A DNA stretch of 33,360 bases from Octopus bimaculoides (Eukaryota): contig NC_069008.1 in NCBI RefSeq assembly GCF_001194135.2, forward strand, positions 7,650,215-7,683,574, given 5' to 3'. The notes beneath the pieces were generated by a model. The model made no database searches and was not told the DNA's origin. It saw only the letters and a list, made by a program, of their open reading frames with translations. A program made the translations under genes and the position numbers. Shown piece after piece: positions 1 to 12,325 of this stretch (position 1 is its first letter; every line of letters starts with the position of its first letter).

Positions 1-472
1 ACTTAGTTTTACATGTTTACCCTTCTATTGCCTTCAAAGTATTCTCCATTTGAAGCAATGCATCGATTCAGACAGGTTTTCCACTGTTCAAAGCAGTCCT
101 GGAACTCTTGCAAAGTGAGGCCTTTTGATGCTTGTTTTGCTTTTTACTTCATCTCTTCCACATCTGCAAAACATTTTCCTTTAAGGACATTTTTTATTCA
201 GGGGAACAAAAAAGAGTTGTAGGGAGCCAGATCAGGTGAATAGGGAGGATAGGGAGTCACACACACAGTCATGACTGCTTCTGATCTTCTGTGAACAAGT
301 GAAGCACAAATTTTGCTGCAGCTCTTTTCATTTGCAATTCCTTGCTCAAAGTTTGTTGGCAGCAGCTTGAAGATATACCAGTCATATCAACAGGTTTGTC
401 GATCCAGAATCTTGGACTACAACAGGCTTTTCCCATAGAGAATGCTTCCAGTTACTTTTGGGTACCTTCTCA
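1..472 (-). mobile_element. mariner-family DNA transposon, internally deleted (3' terminus just outside the window)
   Basis: Minus strand encodes PPYSPDLAP, ...FADVEEMK and EFQDCFEQWKTCLNRCIASNGEYFEG with stops. 5' TIR TGAGAAGGTACCCAAAAGTAACTGGAA at 446-472, followed by TA at 473-474. Confidence 0.85.
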
Positions 473-735
473 TATGTGTGACTATTTAAAGTTGTTAAAG
501 CCTCTCCTTCTGTTGTTTGAAATAGAAATAAATAAATCTAAATAAATTACAAATGAAAAGAAATGTAATACATCTATGGCTGAAGAGCAGAAAAACTAAA
601 TGTTTTCCAATCGTATTCTAATGATTTGATTTAAAATCCAACCTCCTTGCAAGACAATGATTGTTTTATGTTTATTAATTTTGAAATTTTGTTGTCCCTG
701 ATGATGACAAATGTTTTTGGTCTCTTACTTTCTAG

Positions 736-941
736 GGACACACTGGAGCATTGAAGTTAAACTTAATAAGACATATGGCAACGATGAATATTCTTTTGAA
801 ATAGAACCTTTTGTTAAGACGAATGTAGTATTTAGACCAAATAATAAAACATCAAATAAATCATTCTTTCTTCCTATGGAAATGAATGAAAGGTCGAGAA
901 TAAAGTTATTGATGAAAGGAAAATTTTGGCTGGATACAGAT
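736..941 (+). CDS. Exon A (repeat 1, long exon): (G)THWSIEVKLNKTYGNDEYSFEIEPF...RIKLLMKGKFWLDTD
   Basis: Acceptor cttactttctag|GG, donor GAT|gtgagc. Lies within ORF 711..974. Phase 1 to 0. Sequons NKT, NKT, NKS. Confidence 0.8.
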
Positions 942-2789
942 GTGAGCAAAACCCTTTATTATTTTTTCACTTAGAAAGGAGCATACCTGTTTGACTCAAC
1001 CGCAATATATTTCTTGCTTTTCAGGTTTTTTAGATTTGTGCAAATAATCTCAGCTTTACCAGATAAGCCCCTGAGACATTTATTAACATAACCAACTGTA
1101 TTAATGATTATTACTGTATCTATGCCTGTTTATATATTTAAACATTGTAAAACCTCACTTTGGATGAAGCAAGATTATAGACAAAAAAAGGGATGAATGA
1201 GAATATCATAATTTAATGCTTAGATTTAATTCAGTTCTGATATACACTACATTGTAAATAAACAAATAATCTATGAATACATTTGTTTGTTTGCTTTACA
1301 TCTGCTTTTTTCTATTCTAGCATGGGTTAGATGAATACATATTATCAAGGAGATGCTTGTCATGTCACTAACCCTTCCCTGGCTTTCAATGAAGGGAGAT
1401 GTCATTCTGCTTGTCTTTCAAAGTACAGAGCTACAGGACAATTTTCTGATAAGGAAATGACAGCAAACAGCATCATCATCATCATCTCTGGCTTACCCCA
1501 GGAAAGAATGTGAACATTTACACAGACACACACATGCATGGTCCCTGTACTAGGGAGACTGTCACCTTCTTGACAACNNNNNNNNNNNNNNNNNNNNNNN
1601 NNNNNNNNNNNNNNNNNNNNNNNNNNNNNNNNNNNNNNNNNNNNNNNNNNNNNNNNNNNNNNNNNNNNNNNNNNNNNNNNNNNNNNNNNNNNNNNNNNNN
1701 NNNNNNNNNNNNNNNNNNNNNNNNNNNNNNNNNNNNNNNNNNNNNNNNNNNNNNNNNNNNNNNNNNNNNNNNNNNNNNNNNNNNNNNNNNNNNNNNNNNN
1801 NNNNNNNNNNNNNNNNNNNNNNNNNNNNNNNNNNNNNNNNNNNNNNNNNNNNNNNNNNNNNNNNNNNNNNNNNNNNNNNNNNNNNAATGTGACAAACAGG
1901 GTGGATAGCAGGTAGAGTGATGGTGGGAGCAAACTAGGATGTGTTTGGGGAAGGAGCCAAGTGTATGATAATAGAAACAGAAAGATGGGGGTGAAGGGGT
2001 GGCAAAAGAGAAGGAATGTTGACTGCATTGAAAGAGAGAACAAGACTGTTTGTAGGCAGTATTTAGTACAAATATTTCCAGTGCCACCCTTTATAACAGA
2101 GGCATAATGGCAGAGAGTAAGGGAGAGAGAGAGAGAGAGGAGAGAGTGCGAGAGAGACAAGAGGGTAGACAGGTCTTCTCTGCAGGGTACAGAGAAGAGG
2201 AGAGATTCACTGTTATTGTTAGTTAGACAGGCTGCTGGTGGAGTGTGGTTGGATAATAGAGAGATGAGTGATAGAGAACTGATAAAAAGGTTAGATGGTG
2301 TACCAAGAGACAGTCTAGGCAACTTATGTAGACACAAATGGAGGATGGAATAGGTAAGAGACCGAAATGTAGACAGGTTATATCTACCAGACTCCATCAC
2401 TAATTCTGTTGCAACATTCAGTTCTACATGAATCTATGATTTAGAATATCTTCAAGTTGAATATATTAATATGACAAGACCAGGTTCTGTCCCTGATGCC
2501 ATCATCAGTGGATCCAATAGAATTCCTTTATGTTGTTTTAAGTTTCTTAAATCACGTGTAATGAATGTGAGCAGGTGAGCCCCTGTAAAGATGGTCTTGT
2601 ATGACTATTTATGAAGTTATCAATATTTGAAAGAACACTTCAGTTGAAGTAGAGGTAGCTGAGTGGATGGATAAGTGAGGTATTCCTCATCTGTTTAATT
2701 ACTGGATCCAGAACAAATGTGACACCTGTCTAAACCCATATAATTCCTGGAGATGTAATTTTGTTTGTGTTTTTGTTATTTTAATTTAG

Positions 2790-2889
2790 ATCAAACTGAA
2801 GAATATGGAAACTTCCGAAATATATTCCTGTATTTATCTTCATGATCAATTTATTCAAACTTCTTACCATGAATGTTCATCGGCAAACG
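2790..2889 (+). CDS. Exon B (repeat 1, short exon): IKLKNMETSEIYSCIYLHDQFIQTSYHECSSAN
   Basis: Acceptor ttttaatttag|ATC, donor ACG|gtaagt. 100 nt, phase 0 to 1, open frame. Confidence 0.85.
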
Positions 2890-3460
2890 GTAAGTTGATA
2901 AAAAGTATTTCTCATATAATTTTATAAGAAACAATGAAATAGTTCTGTCTTGTTGCCTGTGTGGCTTTTACCAGATGTTATTGATAATAAAGAGAGGGAG
3001 CAGGATGAATTCTAAATGATCCATGCTGTTGATGTTACTTTCAACAGATAAATCTTCCTGGCACCAAATCCATTTTCCAAACCAAAGATCTAAAACTAAA
3101 CACTACCTTCTGATGCTCTACATTGACGTTCTGTCACATTTCCAATTATATTTCTCACCTTTATCCTCATCATCATCATCATCAGTATTTTGTTATTCAT
3201 CTTGTTCCTGCTTGCATGGGTCGTAAGGAATTTGTTGAGGTAGATTATCTCTAGGTGGATGCCCTTCCTCTCACTAACCCTCACTTGTTTCCAAGGAGTG
3301 TAATATTTCCTGATGGAGTGGACATAAATTGTGGCAGGCTGGAAACAAGGGACACTGCTTGTATGATGGGGATGTTCATCTACAACAACTATATGTTGTC
3401 AATGAGACACAACCACCTCCACACACACACACATTACATATATTACATATGTATATATAT

Positions 3461-3606
3461 ATTGCTTCCCAGCCACATGGTTCCAGGTTTGGTTCCACAG
3501 TGTGGCACCTTGAGCAATTGTCTTCTACTGTAGCCTTGGGCCAACCAATGTGTTGTGAGTAGATGTGGTAGATGGAAACTGAAAGAAGCGCACTGTATGT
3601 ATGTAT
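3461..3606 (+). mobile_element. Partial tRNA-derived SINE (family 1, 5' half)
   Basis: Aligns by eye with the full copies at 13523 and 32232 (ccacatggttccaggtt...ggaaactgaaagaagc). It stops at the TA-rich central tract where the Tc1 begins. Confidence 0.75.
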
Positions 3607-3607
3607 A

Positions 3608-4645
3608 CATAGGGGTTGGACAAAATAATGGAAACGCCTTAAAATTTCAAACAAATTTATTTTAATATGGGGTAGGACCACCTTTGGTAGTGATTACAGC
3701 TTGAATTCTATGAGGTATGGACTCGCACAAAGTTTGAATTGTTTCCAAAGGAATTTTTGTCGATTCTTCAGCTAAAACAGTCTCCAGTTCTTGTAGTGAT
3801 GATGGTGGAGGATATTGACTCCTTACTTGTTTTTCTAAAATACACCATAAATGTTCAATAATATTGAGATCTGGGGACTGCGGTGGCCAGATAAGATGTT
3901 CAACTTCACTAGAATGTTCATCGTGCCATTCAGTAACAACNNNNNNNNNNNNNNNNNNNNNNNNNNNNNNNNNNNNNNNNNNNNNNNNNNNNNNNNNNNN
4001 NNNNNNNNNNNNNNNNNNNNNNNNNNNNNNNNNNNNNNNNNNNNNNNNNNNNNNNNNNNNNNNNNNNNNNNNNNNNNNNNNNNNNNNNNNNNNNNNNNNN
4101 NNNNNNNNNNNNNNNNNNNNNNNNNNNNNNNNNNNNNNNNNNNNNNNNNNNNNNNNNNNNNNNNNNNNNNNNNNNNNNNNNNNNNNNNNNNNNNNNNNNN
4201 NNNNNNNNNNNNNNNNNNNNNNNNNNNNNNNNNNNNNNNNNNNNNNNNNNNNNNNNNNNNNNNNNNNNNNNNNNNNNNNNNNNNTTTGTTGTTGAAAGTA
4301 GTGGTTTTCTGATTGCAGCCCTCCTGTGAAATTCTGACTTTGTGCATCTCCCAGCGAACAGTTTTGTGGAAACTGGGTTCTCGAGGTGGTCATTAAGCTC
4401 TGCAGTAATTTTGGGAACTGTACTTTTGTGACCCTTTCTAACAATTCAGGTAAGAGTCCGACAGACCCTATCTGAAAGTTTTGGTTTTCTTCTGGAGTTT
4501 TGTTTTAAAGAGGAGGTTTTTCCGTCTTTCTTAAAGGCTGTCATTACTTTTGAGACAGTACTTCTTGATACACCAAACATTTTGGCTGTTTTCGTTACAC
4601 TAGCGCCTGCCATACGAGCCCCAACAATTTGACCTCTTGAAATGA
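3608..4645 (-). mobile_element. Tc1-family transposon, degraded and 5'-truncated, with N-gap 3941-4284
   Basis: Minus strand encodes FQRGQIVGARMAGASVTKTAKMFGVSRSTVSK (HTH) and WPPQSPDLNIIEHLW...IPHRIQAVITTKGGPTPY. TIR-like AGGGGTTGGACAAAATAATGGAAAC at ~3611. In-frame stop and frameshift. Confidence 0.9.
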
Positions 4646-4889
4646 GGGTAGATGATTATTTATAGATAGATGGACAGATGGATGGACGGACGGACAATCC
4701 AAGGATTATGGTGTAGGAAGAAAATGAGCTTCAAGGAATCCATAGAAAATATAAAAAACAACTCTCAGGAACAATAGTTGTTTACTGGTCTGATAGGTTG
4801 TGGATTTTTTCCATATCAGAGTAAGATAAGCAGAAAAAATTATTTTATATTTCATGGTAGGGAGCCTGGTTGCGAGGCATGTGAATAGA

Positions 4890-5165
4890 AATATGAAAGT
4901 TAAGGATTGGAGTGCATAAAATCCAGGCTACATGTTTCATGGCAAGCAGAACCTTGGAAGTGGTAAATATCCAAGCGAGGTGTATACAGAAGGTTAGTCT
5001 TCAGATCATGGGTATCTTGATTAACCTTCATTCAATCAAGATACCCTTGGCCCGAAAAGTGTGTGGCATACACCTCACATGGATATTTACCACTTCTGAG
5101 GTTCTGCTCGCTGTGAAACATATGTCACCCAAACCTTATCTACTCCATTCCTTAGCTCTTTTTGT
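4890..5165. repeat. Long imperfect palindrome (foldback, MITE-like)
   Basis: Arm 4931-4987 pairs with 5066-5123. Perfect inner 13-bp stem 5010-5022/5034-5046. Weaker outer pairing out to ~4895/5160. Confidence 0.85.
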
Positions 5166-5169
5166 ATAT

Positions 5170-5233
5170 ATATATTCTTTTATTCTTTTAATGGTTTCTG
5201 TCAATGGACTGCGGCCATGCTGGGGCACCGCCT
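5170..5233 (-). mobile_element. SINE family 1, 3'-end fragment
   Basis: Reverse complement of ...ggtgctccagcatggccgcagtc...gaaac...aaaagagt. Confidence 0.65.
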
Positions 5234-5239
5234 TGATTT

Positions 5240-7860
5240 AATTTTTTTTTAGTTTTGTTGTCACATGATTAAAAGTTGGTCAATGATAGAGTCTGTGGTT
5301 GCTGATCTCCTCCTGAGTGTATCCTTGAATGGTTGGTTGGTTGGTCCGGTATCATCATTAGGAGTGCATCCAATACTTTTTTGAAAGTTTCAGTGGAGGT
5401 CCCTTTTCTATTTCTAATTTCTTTGGGTAAGCAGTTGAATACTTGAGGACCTCTGAGTATTAGACTGGTACAGTAGAGTGTTTTTGTTCGTGAGTTTTAA
5501 GATGGTATATTTGGGAGCTGACAGTACCTACCAGTTCAAGCATTAAAATTCGCTTTAACGCCAGTGTTTGGAACATTCCTCTCCAGGATCTTCCATACAT
5601 ATATAATAGTATATCTCACTCTTCAGTGTTCAAGGGAGTAGAGATTCATAGCTTTCAAGCATTCCCAGAAATTAAGGCCATTACCTGAAGTTATTTTACT
5701 GGTGAATGTTCTTTGTAACCCTTCAATTTCTTCTAAGAGACTGGGTGAATTTGGAGACCAAAGCTGTGAGCAGTAATCTAATCTGCTCAGAAGAATGATT
5801 TTCCATAGAGTTAGCATAACTACCGGTTCTCTTGTCATCAAGGTTCGTAGGATCCATCCAATGAGATGTCTGCATTTGGAGGTCAGTTTGGTGATGTGGC
5901 TGATGAAAGATGTATCATTGGACACGATTATTTCTAAGTCCTGTATGTCATCAGTGCTCTGAATTATTGTATTATCTGGCACCAAATATTGGGATTTGTG
6001 TCAATTCCCTCTATAATGAAGGGCCTGAAATTTTGGTTGTATTAAATCTCATATTATTTTTATCCATCCATTGATAAATGATGTTTAGGTCAATTTGGAG
6101 TGTGATGGCATATTCTGGAGTTTGGATGGCCATTGATATTTTGTATTGTCAGCGTAATTCATTAGGTTGGCCAATTGCACTTAGAGGCTTATGCCTGAGA
6201 GGGTTATGGTAAATAATAATGGTCCTAGAACCATACCCTGAGGTATGCCACTTATTACAGGTGATTTTTGCTGAGAGATAACCGTTTGCAGCAACAGATT
6301 GATTCCTATCCTGTAGGAAATGAAAGAACCATTCTCTGAGTTTTGCTACGATACCAAGATCCCTTATTCTATGACAGGTGACTCCATGATCAATCTTGTC
6401 AAACGCTTTAGCAAAATCAAGGTATATGCAGTTAGTGACCTTTCCATTCAGGGGATTATTGAGGATAGTGTTATGGTGTTGTAATAGTTTTGTCAGGCAA
6501 CCTCATCCAGTCTGAAAACTATGCTGTGTATTATCTGAGAGGTTGTTTTCTTCAAGATATGCAGTTATTCTTTTTCAGACAATTTCAGGTGTGTGAGATG
6601 TGAGAGAAACAGGTCTGTAATTTTTAGCTTCAGCCCTGCTACCTCTGTTATGGATAGGTGTTACTGTTGCTTCTTTCACTAGTTCTGGGAATATGTCATT
6701 TTCAAGTGACTTTTGAAATAGTTACTTCAATGGCTTGGTGAGGCTGTTTTTGCAAGTTTTCAATAATATGGCTGGGAGACCATCTGGTCCTGGTGTTGAA
6801 ATTGAATCTAGATCATTAATAGCTGTAACTATGTCTTCTTCCTTAATATCTAGAATCTCTAGATGTGTTTGTGCAGTTGAATTATGGGGACCAAAGAATT
6901 CCTTTGGATTATGCACTATTTTGTCAATCATAGGTTGAGAGAAAGCATCATTGTATTGTTGACTCAAGAGTGTGCATATCTGTGGTGAAGCATTAGCATC
7001 TGATCCATTTTGGCCCATTAGTGGGCCAGTCTGATTAGTGGGCCAGTCTGGTTATGTGTTGATGATTTTTGTTTAGCAAAGTGGAAAAAAAGCTTCAGAT
7101 TAATTTTTTTATATTTTCCACTGCTCAGTGTTCCTTGAGTAAAGTTTCTTTCCCATAAGACATTTTGAGGTTTAGTTCAATGTTCCTTATTTTCTTACTT
7201 TTTCTTTGCAATCTCGTCTGTTGGGAGAGTTAGGTTCCTCACTGTTTTGTCACTTTGGTTCTGTTACACATTAGTATCCGTCTATCTCATGGAATCAAAT
7301 TTTTGCAGAAATAGGGATGTTTATATGGAGCATGCTTTTGACAAATCTTGGCTGTCTGGTCGTACAGAAACTTCATTCCCTTGTTAACACTGAGGTTGGC
7401 AATATGTTGAGACCGGTTTGTTTTTGAGGGTCTCACTTTTGATTTCTTTCCTTAAAATTCAAGTTTATGAGGGGCGAGTCATATTTGATATTACTTGTGT
7501 GCGTTGTTATCTTTGAACCATATACAGATACTTGTATCATGTTGTGGTCAGAAATTACTTTTGGAATGACCTGAACATTGTGAATAGAATCTGTATTAGT
7601 GATAAATACTACGTCGAGTATGTTATTTCCCCTAGTTGGATAGGTGATGATTTATTGTATGAGAAAGGCATCTGTGACGTCGAGCAGAGCATTCATATCT
7701 TTCCTGTTTAGTTTTGTAGTTTGAGATTGGAAGTAGCCCTCAGGCCAGTTGAAATTAGAAAAACTGAAGTCCCCTGTTAAAAGTACATTGGTCTGTGGAC
7801 TGGCAGCACTTAGGGTTTGACTTATGAGTGATAAAGCATCCCTGAAGTGATTTTCATGGC
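5240..7860 (-). mobile_element. Non-LTR retrotransposon (CR1/L2-group LINE), degraded ORF2 with APE endonuclease and RT
   Basis: Minus-strand motifs: LLTGDF, RGNNILDV, SDHNMI (APE); STPGPDGLPAILLK, IYLDFAKAFDKIDHG, SGIPQGMVLGPLLF, NYADNTK (YADD variant), SRLDYCSQLWSP, LYSLE, RGPQVFNCLPKEIRN. Many stops and frameshifts. Clade assignment from memory. Confidence 0.9.
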
Positions 7861-8095
7861 AGACACTGGTGTCATGCAAATGGTACCTATGCCAGTGGCA
7901 CATAAAAACATCCATTACACTCTTGGAGTGGTTGGTGTTAAGAAAGGCATCCAGCTGCAGAAAACTATGCCAAATCAGACTGGAGTCTGCTGCAGCCTTC
8001 CATGTTACTGGCCCTGGTCAAACTGTCCAACCTATGCCAGTATGGACAATGGATGTTAAACAATGATGATGATGATGTTTCAGCAAGCTTACAAA
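7860..8095 (+). mobile_element. Family 2 short repeat (RTE 3' UTR-like or SINE) ending in (GAT)n
   Basis: gtggcacataaaa...gaaaggcatccagctg...ccaacctatgccagtatgg...gttaaacaatgatgatgat. The same unit recurs at ~15830, ~20740 and ~28060. Confidence 0.75.
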
Positions 8096-8465
8096 AGCCT
8101 TAGAATTAAGCCCTCCATAGAGACCATTCGTTTTGTAGCTGGGGCACCTTGTAATTTTAGATCTTGGATGAATATTGTTTCATTAAATAACGATTTTACT
8201 CCTCCACTTTCTCTCTAAGAAATTATTCTCACTTTTAAAAGGCAATTCTGATTTTATTTATATGAGATATTGCAGCTCTCACCTTTTACAAGTTCACATT
8301 TTGCTTGATTTACATACAAAACATGCAATAAATTGTTACTTATATATCAAAAGTGTTTAATGTTAGTAATAAATATTGTTGATGATAATTCTTTCACCTA
8401 TTAATTACTTAAATCATTGAATTTAATATGATTACAAATATTAACAGCGACCATTCATTTACTTC

Positions 8466-8660
8466 TGAACCATTTTGATGCCAACCTGCCAAAGATGGCC
8501 CCTACTTCCCTAATATCAATTCTTTGTTTTAAAGTGGTCTAAATGAAAAACCTTTCATTAAAATTCCAGAGTTATTTAATAAATGCTTCGTCATTCTCTA
8601 AATTAACTGAAACGAAGACATTGTATGTCAACAAAGATATTCTAAAACATATTTCAACAA
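8466..8660 (+). mobile_element. Possible fragment of a common non-autonomous DNA element (MITE)
   Basis: Resembles a repeat I recall from octopus DNA. No second TIR is visible here, so the call is not supported from this window alone. Confidence 0.3.
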
Positions 8661-8820
8661 AATCAGTTGCCATCCTTTGAGGAATAGCTTGATTCTTAAA
8701 ATGTCAAGTAATTCCAATTTTTCTTCTTTTTTTTCAGCATATTTCATTTGTTAATGTATCACAACTACTCTACCATCTTTTTGACTGTTTTTTAAAATTA
8801 TTTTCTTCTTTCTTTTTTAG

Positions 8821-9053
8821 CTTCTGTGTGGAAAATAGAATTAACCTCACGACCCAGACTAATCAGAAATATAACAGAAATAGATGTATTTCTTGGAGTG
8901 CCTGGCAGTGAAACGGATTCTCTACATAATCTAACATTAAGAAAGTTAGCGTATCTTCCTACATTCGCTGATTTTACCAATATTGGAAATATAAGAACAA
9001 GTGAGGCTGATATACACTTCAATGACACCAACAAAGCTTTTGACATATTCAAA
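8821..9053 (+). CDS. Exon C (repeat 2, long exon): ASVWKIELTSRPRLIRNITEIDVFLGVPGSE...NIGNIRTSEADIHFNDTNKAFDIFK
   Basis: Strong polypyrimidine acceptor ttttcttctttcttttttag|CT, donor AAA|gtaaga. Matches ORF 8826..9107. Phase 1 to 0. Sequons NIT, NLT, NDT. Confidence 0.9.
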
Positions 9054-9403
9054 GTAAGAATTCTGTGTTTTTTTATCTTTTCTGTTCTATTTTTGTGTCA
9101 TTGTTAAAGTCCTGGTTTGGCTTGCTTGATTGGATCAAGAAAAAAAGACATTCCAGCCATGACCATCATGTTAGTTTCTTAGATGCATGCACCCAAGGAC
9201 TTTATTCAGTGTGTCCTTCTTCTCTGAGACAGTAAGCTGTGATTTAAAGGAGATTTGGCATTTACTTCTAGCAAGTCAACCAGTCAGATAGAGGCTTCCT
9301 ATATTAAATGGAGTTATTCTCTATATGTCACTGTGTATGTTTCCACATATGTGTGTGCATGTATGGGTGTGTATGCATATGTATGTGTATTTCTGTTTAT
9401 ATA

Positions 9404-12325
9404 CTAGAAGGTGTACCCGGCGTTGCCCGGGTGCGTTAGTTCAAAAAGGCTTAATAACTAATAAAGTGATTAACATTACCTCCCTTAAGCACCTTTCACG
9501 CTTTATGGCAAGACTAACATCTAAGTAACTCTTAAAGGGAACCGCATGTGTAATATTATGACAACAATCGAGTGAAAAAATGAAGCAACAAAAATTATAA
9601 CAGCAATAACTTAGGACTGAAATATGGCGTCAGTATGGCAAGTCTACAAAACTTCCTTATAAACAACATTTGTAGTTTTCCCCTGGGGCTTGAAGGCATA
9701 TAATCTGTTCTTACAACCTACTTTTGAGCAGGCAATGTACAGTTGACCGTGTGAAAAGCATGATTCAGCTAAATAAAGTCCAATGAATGACAGCAACTGC
9801 CCCTGGGACTTATTAATGGACATGGCGTAACTGAGTCTAATTGGAAACTGCACTCTGCGGACTGTAAACAGTAAGTCAGCAGTCGAAGGCAGAAGGGGAA
9901 TTTGTGGTATGAAGACGTCTTCACCTTTACCACAGACTGTTATAATTGTTGCTTCAATGACATTGGGAAGTAATTCTGTGATAACAAGGCGTGTTCTGTT
10001 GCACAACATCAGTGGATTTAAATTCTTTATCAGTATAACAGGGTTACCTACATTAAGAGTAAGAATATGCAGAGGTACACCTGAAGGCTCCAAGGAATTC
10101 AAAAATTCAGTGGGATAATCAACTACCTCATCCTGATTGGGAATGGTGTCTACTGACTTTGTCCCCAGGCAAACGCAGTAAGAGGCTGTTGTTGATTGCA
10201 CTCACCGCTGAACGTTTTTAGGAGCCAAAACGGCTGTTTGTCAAAGCCAATCTAGATCACCGTTGTGGACTTCTAGGCCTGGGAAGACCTGGTCCTGAAG
10301 ACTCTGGATAGTACTGGCTATTGTGCAAATGTTACTTATGTCAACATCTTCATTTCCGTCTTCTGGAATTTCACCATTGCCAAGAAGGAGAATGTCCCTC
10401 GCAAAATCTTCTGACAATGGGTCCTCATGGAGGCGCGCTCTTATGTTTGATTCTAACTTTAAAGTAACAACATGACCCCATAGACGTGAAGACTTAAGAA
10501 ACGCCATTGCTTCATCCTCCCTTGTGCCTTTTGGAATCACTGGCAAGGTTTGTCTAAAGTCCCAAGATAGCCAGACAGTGACACCCTCGATCGGTTTGTG
10601 GCTTTCCTTTATGTTTCGCAAAGCTCTATCTAATGCCTCAAGGGCACCCTTGTGAGCCATTGTGCGTTCATCCCAAACAATCAGGCGGCATTGTGCGAGC
10701 AATTGCCTGTTGTCCGACGTCTTTGATATGTTGCAAACAGGTGTTGGTGAACTTGTAATGTTAAGGGGAAGCTTAAACGTAGAGTGTGCAGTTCTACCAC
10801 CAGGGAGCAGAGTAGCAGCTATGCCTGAAGTTGCCACGGCGATTGCGATGCACTTTTGTAGCCTTACTTTTGCAAGAATGAATCTAGTTACGAATGTTTT
10901 GCCTGTCTCCCCAGGAGCGTTAAGGAAGAAAATGCCACCTTTACGACCCTGAACTTGCTGAACGATAGTGTCGTAGGTGTGCTTCTGGTCAGGTAGCAGG
11001 AGTACCTCATTGATCTGTACATATGCGGATAGTTCAGTATTGTCATAAGATGTTTCCCCGAACAATCTCAGAAGGGAGCTCATTTGAGGTAGGCTTTGCA
11101 GCGGGGGGAAGCCTGTAAGTGGTCATTACATCACTGCCTAAAGCTAAAGTCTTGTTTTCAATCTCAATCAGTGCTAGATTGCATATTGTATTGGTGAAAC
11201 CTATGTTTAAAGTAGGGAATCGAAGCTGAGTGGCTCACCTGAAGTCCTCGGACAGGTCATTCCTAAATTGAAGCCACAAAGAATACGGACTACTGGGTGC
11301 ACAATCGTGCAGTATAACAGCAAAAAGTGTTCTTAGGCTTCTTGGTGATTTGGATACACAAGCCTCTGATAAGCAGGCTTGCCATGGCTCGTGATCTTGA
11401 AGAAGACTGCGCTGTTGACATACCTCTTTGTAAAAACATTTTCATCCACAGTTCTTAAATCCTGAAAGCAAGTTGGGCCTGTTACTTCGTGTAGAAGAAG
11501 AAGGAGATGAAAGCACTCAGTCTGATTTGGGTGCACTGTATACACGCACCCAAGGCAATCATCGAACTTAATGCCTTCATGCTTTTCAACAGTTTTACCT
11601 CTCTTCCTTCTCCACATCTTGTTGTTCCAGGTGTAGTAGCATGGAACTTGTGGGTAAAGGAGTGTCCGTGCAAAAGGATCAACCTGACAAAGTTTAGAAA
11701 AACGCAGTGAGCATAGTATCTGATGGAGCCTGTGGTACCTGGGCAGCAGTGGCTTCACTGAAATACACTCCTTGGCCATTTTCTAGATGAGCAGCAAGCT
11801 GAACAACAGCAGGATACCTTTCGTGTATTGGAAAACCGAAAATATGCCAAAACGCTTCATTGCTGCTTATGTACCATGCAGCCTGGTATTGCGTTACTTC
11901 ATCGTGTTAGCTGATGCGTTGGAGGTCAAACATGGTGGCATCAGACCCTCTGTTAGCGTATTTGCAGACATATTTGATTGATTTGATGGAATTGCAAAAT
12001 TCCACATTGATATGTGCTTTAAATGTCTTTGAAAGAAGCGGACAGTAAGGTACTATCTATCTATTGTCAACTTTGAATTTCCCTATGGTTAAGGTTAAGC
12101 CTCCATCGTATGGCTTCCTACGTCTTGTAATGACCACACGATCAGGAGAGGTGACGAGGAATGGCTCCTTTAGCACATCGCACGGTCGATACAAAATAAA
12201 AAACACGAAAAGAGGATAAATGAGTATAAGTGCCAAAAAGGAAAAGAGACACAACAGGTAGAAGGTTTAAGAGAAGAACTTGTGTGTCTGTGTGTGTGAG
12301 TGTGACTTATAAATATAATAATAGA
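9404..12325 (-). mobile_element. Helitron (Rep/PIF1 helicase), internally deleted, with both termini
   Basis: 3' end: GC hairpin 9413-9434 (ACCCGG/CCGGGT stem), then CTAG at 9404-9407, then host T. 5' end: TCTATTATTATATTTATAAG from 12325. Coding remnants: RRRKPYDGG, VDNR*IVPY, AHINVEFCNS, IKYVCKY (Rep); FFLNAPGETGKTF, AVATSGIAATLLPGGRTAHSTFKLP, DFRQTLPV, QFPIRLSYAMSINKSQGQ, FSHGQLY (PIF1 helicase). Confidence 0.92.

Noticed and set aside
1402-2400. 332-aa minus-strand ORF and the overlapping long ORFs
   Set aside because: Inflated by the 308-N gap and a CT/GA-skewed low-complexity tract. No recognisable domain.
2400-2750. Possible further Penelope GIY-YIG remnant on the minus strand (RCHICS-like)
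   Set aside because: Too degraded to support without a profile search.
9054-9107. Hydrophobic read-through tail after exon C (VRILCFFIFSVLFLCHC*) as an alternative membrane anchor
   Set aside because: Explained by T-rich intron sequence after a strong GTAAGA donor.
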